A stretch of 64,000 nucleotides of DNA. Origin: Carcharhinus longimanus. Its lineage: Eukaryota. The notes beneath the pieces are model-generated. The model was not told where the DNA came from. It saw only the letters and a list, made by a program, of their open reading frames with translations, and did not search any database. How positions within the stretch are numbered: the stretch's first letter is position 1; every line of letters starts with the position of its first letter. This document shows positions 11,850-23,913 of this stretch, piece by piece. The DNA is taken from the NCBI GenBank assembly GCA_030264375.1, contig JASCQW010000162.1:46875544-46939543 (forward strand), read 5' to 3'. The position numbers were made by a program, and so were the translations under genes.

Positions 11850-12320
11850 CAGCCATGTGACAGAAAGATCATTGGAGCTTCAACATGCATAGCTCCAGAC
11901 GACAACATGCATGTAGTCAGGCTAGCCTTGACTGGTACCACATCCACCACCTCCAATGTCTACTCTCTCCACCATCTTGCACAGTGACAGCAATCTGTAC
12001 AATCAACAAGATACATTGCAGCAACTCAACAAAGTGCCTTCGACAACACCTTTCAAAGAGACAACCTCTGCCACCTAGAATGACAAGGGCATCAGATGCA
12101 TGAGAACACCATCACTTCTGAGGCACGTATCATCTTGAGTTGGAAATTATTTGTTGTTCCTTCAGTGTTTCTGGCTCAAAATTCTGGGACTCCCATCCAA
12201 ACAGTGCATGGACTGCAGCAGCTGAAGAAGGCGGCTCACCGCCATCTTCTCTCAGGCAATTAGGAATGGGCAATAAAGAATTGACCTAGCCAGTGACACC
12301 CACCTCCCATTAAAGAATTT
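11850..12320 (+). mobile_element. Old LINE 3' fragment (CR1/L2 group)
   Basis: '...ctctgccacctagaatgacaagggcatcagatgcatg...ggactgcagcagctgaagaaggcggctcacc...gggcaataaag'; same family as 6923-7730. Confidence 0.75.
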
Positions 12321-12949
12321 TTATAAAGGCATTCGCAAAATCCAGTTCCCTGGTGATGCATACAGACAAAAAAAGTTTCGGTAGAAATGCCTGCACATGA
12401 AAATCATTGAAAACAACAGGCAGTATAAATTTAACATACTGCCTGTGATGCAATGTACAGGCACAGGTTAACTGCACATTGTAATCTCAATGCTGGTTTT
12501 CAGGGATTAGCCAAGTGAGCTCCCAGTCTCCCCGTACACAAAAACTGTGGGCGGAATTTAATCAGTGCACACTATTCCTAACAGCAGAACATGAGGAGGG
12601 TGCCACTTCTTTTCTGGTGTCAGGATCCGGCATCCACACGATTCATATGAAAATTCAAACAGCTGGCTCTGCGCATGTGGAATACATGCAAATATGTGGC
12701 AGGGACAGGTTTTGACTGGAGGGTCCTGCTTTTGGGCAAACTATAAAAGACCCACCTGGACAAATAAGCAAAGCTGTGCATCAAAGATGGAGGCTGCATA
12801 CCTGTTCATTTCTCAGTCTGCAACAACTTCTTTTCTGATGCTTCACAACTTTCAACTCCTTCAAACTTCTCCCCCCTTTCACTGCACCCCCTCTTAAAAT
12901 CCATTAACTTCAGGCCCCTTTCCCCATCATTTTATGTCAAAGCCAACAA

Positions 12950-14560
12950 AATGCCAGAGCAAGACAAGTCTCATGGTTCAGTGATACCTCAGTGCACATT
13001 GTCCTCAAGGTGTTTCAGAATGGTACCAGGTGCTCTTCCTGAATGGTGGCAACAGAATATCCTTCCACCTAACCAAGGCAGCCTGGATGGAAGTTGCAAA
13101 TGAGGTCAGCCACAGTGGCATCCATGCAAGAATATAGATGCAGTGCACTGCAGTAAACGGCTCTTTCAATCCAGCTGTGTAAATGCCACATTGGCATGGG
13201 ATTGTCTCTGATATGGGTATCAGGCAAATGTAACTCTGAAGTTAGGCATGTGAATGCATTATCGGCCTTAAGATTACAGAACACTTGAGGCCAAAGCATG
13301 TGATAGCAATTAGATATGGGCCATTATGTGTGATGGGGAGGTGTGCAGACAAATAGGTCAGTTGGCATTTGCCAAGTCATTAATTCTCCACTTTCTTCTA
13401 CAGGACAAATAGATGTATAATCTGAAAGAAATGGCAAAGATGGACAGAGGAGTGTGTGATATGACAGTCCTCACCCCTGCTAAGGAGGAAGCCATCCAGA
13501 TTATTGAGGAGGAGGGCAGCAAATCTGCTGCTGATGGTGAGGCTAGTATGGCAAGGCAGCAAAGGTGAGAATACACCAATCTAGACCTGCCATAAAGAAT
13601 GTTCAGGATCATGCGAGGAATTGTGCTTCAACTCTGTGGAACCAGAACATGTTTCTACCAGTTCTCCTGTATAGATGCCTGCAATCCAGACCACAGACCT
13701 CTGTCATTGGAGACAGTAGATTCCACCTCTGGGCACAGAGATACAGCGGATTCACCATCACCGAACTCTCCTGTACCCACTACCAGTTAGCTACATCCAT
13801 CCAGGTTGCAGATGGGTCTCATTTAGAGCTGGAGCCTGGAGCCTCTGGTGAGCACAGTACAGACACATTCCAACAGTTGAGGGAGACTGTAACAGTCAAG
13901 ATCCCTGATGCTCAAGAGGACTGCTCAGGATCAGGCACCACAGAATGCCACATTGATGACAGGCCATTCATGGTGACCACAGAAGGTTTCTGAACATGCA
14001 GCAGAGGTTAGGGGAACAATTGGTGGAGATGCTAAGCGTTATAGGCAGCTTTGTGAAAGTATGCTATGTCTCCGACAAACGAGCATATGGAGAGTTTGGC
14101 AACTGCCATGGGCAGTCAGATCAAACAATCTGTCCAGATGATTTGCATTGCATTATTCTAGCCATGGGCTTAGTGCATCAGTGGCTGGAGGAGAGGGAAC
14201 AAAGGTACCTGGATCTCCCTGCAAGGGGCACTTCACCTCGGGATTTAGCCAGGTACCACCATGCACCCAGATGGAGGAAAAGCACGTGACACCTGCCCAG
14301 GGACTTACCTCTTAGGATACCACCAGATGACCGATCCCTCACCTTCCCCTCCACCATTAACCCCCTCTCCACTAATAGGCATGGCTGAGGAAGTTGCCCC
14401 ACATATATCCAGAACATCCCCATTTGGACAGAGCCCTAAAGACCCCAGACCTCCCAGAAGATGCAGGCCAAAGTCATTGCTGGCAACAAGGCTTTACTCT
14501 GCAGTCTGTTGCCACCTCTTGCTGCTGATGTTAGGTTTGCAGCAGGATGTAGTGGTAAAA
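12950..14560 (+). pseudogene. Harbinger Myb/SANT-like DNA-binding gene remnant (intron-containing)
   Basis: WFSDTSV..., TKAAWMEVANEVS. Second exon 13404-13564 (ctacag| ... AAG|gtgaga) reads DK*MYNLKEMAKMDRGVCDMTVLTPAKEEAIQII. The 3' boundary is approximate. Confidence 0.75.
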
Positions 14561-15067
14561 AGTTGAAGAACTGATGAGAGTAGAGGTAGCATGGGTGTTT
14601 TAATGAATTTCACTTTGTCACATGTAAATTGCTAAGAATATATTGTTTATTTGTGTTTGCATTATTTTCCTTTTCATGCTCTTGATTAGTCATAGACTTA
14701 ACTGTATTGGCATGTCTTATGGCTGGCACTCATTAATGGTTGCAGGAGAATGTTAGACACTTAAGTTATTGTGTAGAATATTATGATGGTGTTTCATGTT
14801 TGAGATCAGCCTCCATCTAATGTAGCAGGGATTGTTAGGCATGTCAAAATGGTGAACTTGTCCCCCATGAGGAGAGAATAGTTCTGCAGGTTCCTCAAAC
14901 TTGGATGAATCTCATGTACATAAGATTGCCCCTGATATCCCTGGCTTTGATATCCATTAGAGGCTCACACACAATCATGTCCTCTTCCTGAGGCTCATTC
15001 CATTCATTTAATATCAGCAAAATACTGTGGATGGTTCAAGCCTGATATCAAACCTGAAAGTGCTGAT

Positions 15068-15165
15068 GTTCCAAAGGAGAGTCATATTTGACTTGAAATC
15101 TTAACTCTTGTTTCATTCTCCACGGATACTGCAAGGCCTGCTGAGGATTTCCAGTACTTTTATTT
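15068..15165 (+). mobile_element. Penelope terminal (pLTR) fragment with decayed hammerhead
   Basis: 'gagagtcatatttgacttgaaatcttaactc...ctccacggatactgcaaggcctgctgaggatttccag'. Confidence 0.7.
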
Positions 15166-15647
15166 ATCTCATCCCACTTATCTTCCTCTGAGGATGGTGT
15201 TCCATCCCGGCACCCTGTTGTCAGGGTTCCCCATGTTATACAGTTTTCGGTATAGTATGAATATCTATGAAACACTCTGTGATGCATACTGCAGAGCCCC
15301 TGTAGACCGGTCTAGACAGCCAAAGTACATTTTTAACATGCTGATGGCCTGTTTGATAATGGCTTTTGTACAAATATTGGTTTTGTTGCAGTGCTGATCC
15401 ACTGCTCTCTGGGGATGCCTCACTGGTGTCATCAACCATGTCACCTAGTCACCTAGAATCCAGCCCTCAATCTGGGCTGGAATCTCAAAGGCTGTGAGTT
15501 CCCCAAGATATGTGAGCCACAAGAGCACCCTAGGACTATATGATTCTTTGTCCCTGGTTGTAAATTAGTTGGACATTTAAAGAGTGAAATAACTTACAAT
15601 TCACATGTGCCTCCAACTGTTCCCTGGGATCTCTAACGATAACAACC

Positions 15648-15690
15648 AATTACTCCAAAGTAATTACAATTACTCCAAAGTAATTACAAT
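15648..15690. repeat. 20-bp tandem duplication
   Basis: caattactccaaagtaatta x2 plus a partial copy. Confidence 0.9.
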
Positions 15691-15780
15691 CCAAGGATGT
15701 GAGAGTTAGGTTGATTAGCCATGGTAAATTGCCACAGACTCGAGGCTAAATGGCCTCCTTCTGCACTGTAGGGATTCTAT
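15691..15780 (+). mobile_element. Internally deleted HE1-type SINE inserted in the transposase
   Basis: 'gttaggttgattagccatggtaaattgcc' is joined directly to 'cagactcga...ggcctccttctgcactgtagggattctat'. Confidence 0.75.
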
Positions 15781-18700
15781 CACACTCATTGCATTCCAGG
15801 TAAATAAGCAGGAGCCATAAACCTCAGTGCCTTCTCCCCTGGCTATCTTCACCTTGAATGAATCTCGTGAGCCCAATGGCATAATGGAAGAGGACATTGG
15901 TCACCTCCTTGACTCAGCTAGTGAAATGCCACATGTTGCCTGTGAAGTCCTGAAAGCAGCAGGTGGTGGAAGGTTTGAGAGTCACAGTCACTTTGAGAAC
16001 CACTAACATAGGGATGCCACTGAATCCATGTGATTGCAGGTCTTGCTTCAGGACCCTGCATTTTTTGATGACTGCTTCCTGGGATATCCTCATGTGTCTC
16101 TGGCAGTGTGCCTTGGATGTCAGGAGACAGTTTTTCCATGTCTTGAATACGCGCTGCTCCATAAAAGATCTATTCTCCAATGCCTTCCCTGGATGGCAGT
16201 TCTCTAGCTACCCTCCTTCCCGGTGGCTGCCCCCTGACCACCCTTTTCCTGGTATTGTGGATTCAATGTTGACTGACGAAAGCCTTCATTTGTCACATCC
16301 TCTCCGCCTGCTCCAAGGATTGTAGAAAGATTGGATATATGAGTGGTATGAGAACCTGGGTGTCCATGGGTTTTATCCTTAGCGTATGCTGAGCATTTAA
16401 GATTTTCTACTCCCATTGCTCAGACCCAAAATTCCATCCACCCACTCAGGCTTCCTCTACTCCTGGCAGCGACAAGTGGGTTTTCAAAATGGTGATGTTT
16501 AGAGTTAGTGAGCATGGTTTTGGTTTCCTGTGACCCTATACTCTCCACCTGTCACTTTCATCTATGTCCCCACCATCCTTATGTCATACCTCAGAACCCT
16601 CTTCTAGTCTTCCATGCTCCAACCCGACACTGTATACTCCCTTGGGAGCCTTTTCCACTCCATGAACACCCCACCCAACTCCTGACCTGTCTTTGAAGGT
16701 CCCGAGCTGCCACTCTCCTGGTTCTCTCTGTTGTGCCACAGAGTTCAACAAAGCCAACAACCACTCACCTCTGACACAATTGCATAAAGCCATTTGCCAT
16801 TAAAGGAATGTAAACAGGGTGCCACATGTTTCCAGTGCGCTGCTGGCTTTGAAATCTTGAAATCTTAAAAATTTCAAAGATTTTTAATAGAATGTAGTAT
16901 GTAATTGTTTTACAAGGAGGAGTCACTATGGGATGGTACCGCAATGCAATGGAATGAGGCCATTGTCACACTGGCGAACGTCATCTCTGCATGCCAACCA
17001 CTAGGAAACTGAAATTTCAGCTCCTGTTAATTAAATCACACTGTCCGTCACATTTCCCACTCTTACAGGCCTCACAAAATACTGCCCAGTAATACACTGA
17101 ACTCACACACAGGGTTATTAGCACTTGCAACAGCTGTGGGCAATCTGTACCTTATCCATTATCTGAACAGATACAATTTCTCTGTTCCAGGAACTGACAC
17201 TTGGTCCTAGTTGGATTTGGCTACACTGTTTGATCTGCCATGTAATGTCCAAATAGGATACTTTTCATCACTTTACACATTTCCTTTCCCTTGCTTGTCA
17301 ATGTCAATGATATTTCTTCAATTCCCCTGTGATTAAGCAGAATATGTGTGATTCCTTGCTGCCCAGTATGTGAGATCCCTGGTAGCTTAATGGCTGCCAC
17401 TATAATTATAGAGTATAAGCGGGTATCGAGCTATTTATATAACCGATGTTTTGTATTAGTTTGAAAATGCAACTTAAGGTTGCACAGTAATTCCTGCAGT
17501 GAAACAAAATGTACTTGAGTGCAAATCTATATAAAATGTATGCTAAAATCAAAAATAGAAACTATGTAGCAGTTGTTTTCCTCAAAGAATGGAATATAAC
17601 TTCAAACTTAAGATAGTTCCTTAATTATCAGAATTGGAGAGTGTAACAACTGGTTTAAAACCATCTGTTTCAGTCAGATTGCAAATGGAGTTAGTGAACC
17701 AGCCCTTATGAGTTTTTACATTACTTTATTTAAAATCTGACTGAAAATATTCATTTTTGGCAATTTTAGATTATAAATAACTAAAAAAAAAGTTGTGAAT
17801 TACTATTATTTTCTTGTAGGTAATCTTGGTTGTTTAAGTTTCACCTCAGTTTTGGATAAATGGAGTGTTGAACCTTCAACTCTATCTTTACAAAAATTAT
17901 CAATAACATCATGCATTTCAAAACTATGTGATGTATTTATTTTCAAATAGCAACAAAGTTTTAGAAAATATAGGGCTTGTTCAAACTTCATCAGTTTGCT
18001 CACACAATGTTTATGCTTAGGTTTCAAAGGCATCTACATTCCATGGGAGATCTGGGGTCCAAAACCAGGCATCAGGTTTCAAAGCATTTATGCCTACAAA
18101 TTCAAGTCGTGAACAAAACTGATAACATGTGAAACATTGCTCGGATGCGTTTCACACTGACATAAAATTATTTGTTCCTGGCCCCAAATTGTGGCATTTC
18201 AATTAGAAAATGTGTGGAAGTGGAATGTGTACATAGCCACATCTGATCAATCACCCCAGCTACCGTTAGTGTACTTACCTATTTATCAACTTATAAGCAA
18301 CTTGAAAAAAATGCACTGCAGGGACATTAATTGTTTCGGACACAAGTATAACTGAGGAAGGCAGCAATATTTAAGACTATCATCCCTAAACCCTTTTATT
18401 CCCTCACCTTCACTTTCTTCAGTCAAATACTAATTAAAATAGATTTGCAAGTCAATAAAACAGTTTTCTATTAGCAACCAAGTAAACTGACCTAATTACT
18501 TAGTCCTCCTTTATTTATATTGGTATGTTGCAACAGGAGGCATTACCATACTTAAAACTACGAAGTCGGAAAATAGCATGCATCATGTTTCCCTAATTTA
18601 TCAACGCCAACTGAAGAAAAATCATGATGAGCAAGGCATTAATACAAAATTTACAATTTAAACAGGCTTCAAATTATTACAGCATGATACCAGACAACAT

Positions 18701-19376
18701 AATTCTGTTGCAAATGCAAGGATGTGTATATATAAACCATTACATCTTCAGGATGCCTTACAGCTCCATTATATCATCCCAGGAAATATAATCGGATTTG
18801 AGTCTCATTATTACTTCCTCCATCTACCCATTTCATTTATCATATCATTAGTATTTTTAGACAGGTCCCACTAGGCCATTGCACTTTTGTAGGTGAGTAA
18901 GTCAGCCTACAGAGCAAGTAGCAGACACTCAGGAAAACTGATCCCCTTTTAATGTGCTGTTACAGTTACCTGCTATAATGCAATTATCATGTACCAAAGC
19001 AATTTTATGAAAATGACTTTACAAGCAGAACTCTGTCATTTTATAAACATGGATTAATGCTGTAATTGGATCTTAATTACCCAATTCTATGAAAGGTTAT
19101 TTTATTTCTTTGTTTGAATGTTGTTATTTAATGTCTTTTTTTTAGCCTTGACCTTGCAGAAAGAGGGTACTTTCCAGTCAGCAGTATGCTTTATCTTTGA
19201 AAGCTGCAATCAATAAGGATAATTAATGATGCCTGCTGCAATGATAGCCTCAGCAATCATTATACCACATTAATCCCTGCAGTCGGGCTGGGGTCAAGGC
19301 CATCTAAATCATCCACTGATGGGGTGGAGGAATTAGAATAATCCAGATGTGCAGATACTGAGAAGCACTTTCCTTT

Positions 19377-19475
19377 CAGCTGACCAAAGGTCATGGAACT
19401 GAAACGTTAACCCTATGTTTCTGTCTCCACAGATGCTGTCTGGCCTGATGAGTTTTATTCCACTTTCCTTTTTGT
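19377..19475 (+). mobile_element. Penelope terminal (pLTR) fragment with decayed hammerhead
   Basis: 'ctgaccaaaggtcatggaactgaaacgttaac...ctccacagatgctgtctggcctgatgag'. Confidence 0.75.
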
Positions 19476-19789
19476 TTGTTTTAATAGCCAAGGGTTAACA
19501 GTAAACAAACAGCAGCTCTTCTTATTTGCACATGCATTTTTAAAACAATCACAAATTAAGCCTTCAAGAATTTGATTAACTTTCTCAGACTAACCGCACC
19601 TGAACTAACAATCGTTGATCTCCAATGGCACATCGTGTGAGCCAAAGTCTGTTTGATGGTCTTCAATAACGGGAAAAGGTTTGGCAAATTTTAATTCCAT
19701 TCAATCAAAGAGGTTAAAGAGTAATCCTTCCCCTTCATAGGAACTAACCCTCCACACACTGCATCAGGAACTTGGGGCCTTTTTTAAGT

Positions 19790-20016
19790 TCAATGTAAAT
19801 AGCTTTGAGGCAGTCAACTCTCCAGGGACCTCCTTATTGTGCACCTCAATCCTTCACTGCCACCCTTTTGCTGCTAATACCCTCTCTTAGTTCCCCTGGC
19901 TCGAATAATGGGCACAACTTAGTCCTAATTGCAAGTTAACTCTCAGTTCAAACAGCCACACCATTCCCAAACCATGAAAAACAGTCATATGGACTTGAAA
20001 TGTTAACTCTATTTTC
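19790..20016 (+). mobile_element. Degenerate Penelope fragment with terminal motif
   Basis: 'ctctccagggacctccttattgtgcacctc' resembles the PLE linker, and 'agtcatatggacttgaaatgttaactc' is the terminal motif. Confidence 0.5.
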
Positions 20017-20018
20017 CT

Positions 20019-20085
20019 AGTGGCAGTGGCATAGTGGTAATATCACTAGACTAGTAATCCAAAAGGCTGAAGCTAATATTCTGGG
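20019..20085 (+). mobile_element. tRNA-derived SINE head (SacSINE1/Deu-type)
   Basis: 'ggcagtggcatagtggtaatatcactagactagtaatcca'; same family as 37725-37851. Confidence 0.65.
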
Positions 20086-20091
20086 TGGTAA

Positions 20092-20382
20092 AGGACAGCA
20101 CAGTGGCACAGTAAGGGTGACACAGTGGCACAGTGATCAGCACTGCTGCCTCACAGTGCCAGGGGTCCCAGGTTCAATTACCAGTTTGGGTCACTGTCTG
20201 TGTGGAGTTTGCACATTCTCCCCATGCTTGCACCGGTTTCCTCTCACAAATTAAAGATGTTAGGTGGATTGGCGATGCTAAATTGTCCCTTAGTGTCGGG
20301 GGACTTGCTATGGTAAATGCAGGGGTTATGGGGATAGGGCCTTTTGGGGATTGTGGTTAAGGCAGACTTGATGGGCCAAATG
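20092..20382 (+). mobile_element. HE1-type SINE with duplicated 5' head
   Basis: 'cacagtggcacagt' occurs twice before the 'gcactgctgcctcacagtgccagg' head; V-domain present. Confidence 0.85.
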
Positions 20383-20399
20383 AAACAAAGTGTGATTCA

Positions 20400-20935
20400 T
20401 GATAGTAGGAGGAATGGATGGATTCTGTTCTCGTCAGAAAGCTGATTCTCATGGCTGGAAGTACGACTAGGTACTGCATGTGCAGATCTCTCGAACTTCA
20501 GTGTACAGACGTAAACAGGAGAGATTTATCAATCCCCAGCCCTCTGGATATCGTACCCGACCACACCGCACCCCCCGCCCCCAGATATCACCCTGATACA
20601 ACCTATGCTCTGATATCGTCCCAATACCCCCCAATGGTCGCTGTTCCAATATCACCTATCCCGCTGGCCAATTGTCCCATATTCCCCTCACCCCCAGCTG
20701 ATCACTGCCCTGATACTCCCCCTCTGCCCCAGCCAATCGCTGCCCTGGTTGATCCCTGATTGCAGAGTGTGCAGATACTCTGTCTCCCCTTAGGCCCACC
20801 CCCATTTGATCCTGCCCCTCCCGTTAGGTCCGCCGCTTCGCACTGCCCAGTGCCCAGTGAGCAGTGCCAGGCTGGTTGTGCCAGGGTGGCAGACTGATAC
20901 TTCCAGGGTCCGAGGCTGGCAATTGAGCATCCCAC
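20400..20935. mobile_element. Harbinger-type MITE fragment, C-rich
   Basis: C-rich tract followed by 'gcactgcccagtgcccagtgagcagtgccagg', shared with 29711-30545 and 62044-63230. Confidence 0.55.
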
Positions 20936-20944
20936 TTTAATCAT

Positions 20945-21155
20945 TCTACCATTGCAACCTTCCTCAGTTGTGAGGGGCCAAAGCTTTGAACTCCTTCCTT
21001 AAAATTTTCCGTCAGCTTTCCTTTTTTAAGGCACTCCTTAAAGCATACCTCAAAATCTACCTTATGGATTCAGTGTCAAATTTTGTAAAATTCCTGTGGC
21101 GTGCCTTGGGACTTGTTATTATTTTAAAGGTGTCATATAAATATCAATTGTTATA
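20945..21155 (+). mobile_element. L2 LINE 3' end
   Basis: 'ggtgtcatataaatatcaattgttat' terminus and 'gtgtcaaattttg...gccttgggac'; similar to the end of 50240-50880. Confidence 0.65.
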
Positions 21156-23094
21156 GTTCTTGCTATTGGATGACCTCAACATTCCTTGTGATCAACAAAA
21201 ACTCTCAACTCCCCAAGCATATGGCAGCAACCACAGCAACATGGAACTCAACACTCCTGAGAATCATCTGCACTTTGCGTGCAGAGTTTCTTGACAAATG
21301 CAAATTCCCAGATAGAGTAACGGTTAGTGGAGGTAAAAATCAGTTGTCTCAGATAAAAAAGATGATGACAATGTAAGCCCATGTCCAAAAAGAGGACCTC
21401 AACTGAGAATACTGCAATAACACCAAATCTTTATGTTGAAAGATGAGAAGAGGAAAAAATTAATTCAGATTCTCTGATCCTTTCAATTATATACACAATT
21501 GGATGAACTTAATGCCAAAAAGTACCTAAAGGACAGTAGTTTTCTTGCTAATGGATCTACATTAACTCTGGGCAGAAATAGTATTAGTCTGCAGCTTCTA
21601 GAATAAGGAGATGATATTGACCTAGTCAAGGTCTATCAGGCTAGAAATTGAAGAGATGACAGAAAATGGGCAGAACTAGATCAGGTGCCCAATTGATGCA
21701 GGCAATGGGAATAACAAGCATCTGATCCAACATCACCCGAGACAGTCCATAATGTTTTGGTGTATCTTCACCTTTGCATAGGTATAAAGTATCAAACTTG
21801 CATTGGAATAGAGGGCAAAGTGCAACCTACCTTGAAATTGGTACTGAGGAAAGCTACATTCATCATTGAATATACATTGCATCAGATCTCAGAACAAAAA
21901 CACGCACAGGTTAGCATTAAAGGGGAGAATGTATATAATAAATCTGAAAGTCACTCAACTGAGTCAGACATTCCTGTAATCAACAGGAGCTTCCCTTTAG
22001 CTCTGGGACCCCACAGTATTGGGCACAAGACGGCTCTGGCGTACACAATATGTTGACCCTGTTTTTCATCTCAAATTTATCGTCTTGCATGTCAAAGAAA
22101 CAAATCACCTGTTTTAAAACTGTTAAAGCCAATTGAACATTGCACATATAATCCTCAGGGTGCCGTGCAACATTCTTTAAGGGCTTCTCATATACATGGC
22201 TTAATTGTGTGCTGGAGTCAGATCAAGGCATTATGACAAAGTTATGTGGCTGGTTTTGTGTTGTTTGTACCCCAAATCATTTTACGTTGATGGCAAGGAA
22301 GCATCTCCTAAATACAATATTTTTATTGGCTTCACTTCAACAGCTGATAATTATATTTCACATGGGTCAATGCAACAGATTTTTATTATCAAGAGATTTT
22401 CACTGGAGAGATGGGAATAGAATTATTAATCTGTTGATTAAATCTGACTGGTTGGTATAGATTTTAGAACTCTGTACTTAATCAAATATTGAGGGGGAGA
22501 AATTTGTTTGCATAGCACTTCATTGAGATCATTGAAGAGCACTGAGCCGATAAGTTATTGGCCTATTCTGGTGAAACAAAGTAAGTCTGCAGACTGCTAT
22601 TTGAAGCTATGGTAATTTTGCCTCCAGAATGGTCCTCGAATATTGTTATAGTTTTCAATAGCTGATCAAGCTTCTTGTTTGTCTCACATTGAAAAATATG
22701 CTTTCAGCCTAACTTCTGTTTACAAAATCAATCTTTGCCCAATAACATTGGTTTGTCGAGAATTTGCTGCAACAGTAGGAAATTTCAGAGATTTGACTTT
22801 ACAGTGGATGTTTCACACTGTTTGTTCACATGTTTCTGATACCTCATTTGAGTAAGATATCAACTGAACTGTGCACTCAGTGAAAGCGATGTCAATTAAT
22901 TTGTTTTTGTACATGTCTCTACTCATAATGGAACAATCTACAGCCATACTAATGCACATGTTAATGTACTGTCAATTTATCTTTATATAAAAGTTCTGAC
23001 ATTTGAGTGATTACTTTTGGCATAAATGCTGTACAGCACTAGTTCTTCATCGCTTAAGCACTCTGGATTCACTTCATGATTGCTAACTCCACCC

Positions 23095-23305
23095 TTGTGC
23101 AGTCCTGTGGGAATAGGCCCCAACCCGACCCCCAGCCGCCCCCCCCCCCCCCCCCCCAGACTTTTCAGTGTGCTTTCCGCTGGTGCACTTAGCAGTGCAC
23201 AGAGTGTGGGAGATTCACTTTGAAAATCCTGCTGAAATAAAAAAGAGATTTACTCCAGCTTTTACGTGAATTCAACATTTAGAATTTTTTTTGGGAGAAT
23301 CGCCA
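23095..23305 (-). mobile_element. Harbinger-type MITE terminus
   Basis: 'ttagaattttttttgggagaatcgcc' resembles the reverse complement of the 62044 terminus 'ggggcgaccttaccaaaagaaaattctaag'. Confidence 0.6.
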
Positions 23306-23484
23306 TTCCCCCCTTCACGTGTTTAATGATGTCATTGCACAACATGTATGCTCAAAGCATATGAAAACATCACAAAATCAAATTTCCTTAAAAGTGAATG
23401 GAGAAGCAGTTGACTGTTATTTTTAATATAAGGTATGGCCTTTCAAGCCTGCTCTGCTATTAAATAAGATCCTGGCAGAATATC

Positions 23485-23913
23485 TTAAAATAGAGTCTTA
23501 AACGCCATCCCTTTCTTCCCCAAATCCAGATTAACTCTTTAAGAAGACATTCTTTAAACAAGAAAATCTTTGGCAGGAACAAATTAATGAGCCGGAGAAC
23601 CAACCACATGTCCTAACACATTTTAGGTTGTAAGTTTCTATCTAATTCCCAGTTTTAGCCATGTCATCGCAAGAGTTACCAAACAGGTAGGTACAGAAGG
23701 AGGAGAAAATGAAACCTCAGGCTACACTTAATTCAACCAAGCTCTCAACTCAAGAGCTTTGTGTAAACTTTGGGAAGACCACGGCAAAGAGGTTAGTTGA
23801 AAACAAAAAAGGAAACTCTTCTTTTAAAAGTACCTTCTTAAAGAGTTAAATTGACTCTGGGAAGAAGTGGGATGTCGTTATAATGCATGTCTCTTTTTAA
23901 GACCCTATTTTAA
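23485..23913. mobile_element. Unclassified MITE with ~80-bp imperfect TIRs ending in TTAA
   Basis: Outer match ttaaaatagagtcttaa / ttaagaccctattttaa; inner match ttaactctttaagaag / cttcttaaagagttaa. Confidence 0.7.

Larger units (their letters stand above)
15190..16200 (-). pseudogene. Harbinger (HARBI1-like, DDE_Tnp_4) transposase remnant
   Basis: Reverse strand fragments: HCQRHMRISQEAV..DLQSHGFSGIPMLVVLKVT, FHSLNVQLI, GWILGD*VTWLMTPVRHP, TKAIIKQAISMLKMYFGCLDRSTGALQY. Stops and frameshifts are present. Confidence 0.9.
12549..17087. mobile_element. PIF/Harbinger DNA transposon, near full-length fossil
   Basis: Imperfect TIRs gggcggaattta (12549) and aaaatactgccc (17076-17087). It encloses convergent Myb/SANT-like (+) and DDE transposase (-) remnants. 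Confidence 0.85.

Noticed and set aside
12416-12446. 11-bp-arm hairpin acaggcagtat/atactgcctgt as a terminator or ncRNA
   Set aside because: Short, probably internal to a decayed MITE, and not meaningful as a terminator in a vertebrate genome.
15190-16200. Domesticated HARBI1 host gene
   Set aside because: Multiple stops and frameshifts, a SINE insertion, and transposon context with TIRs and a Myb partner.
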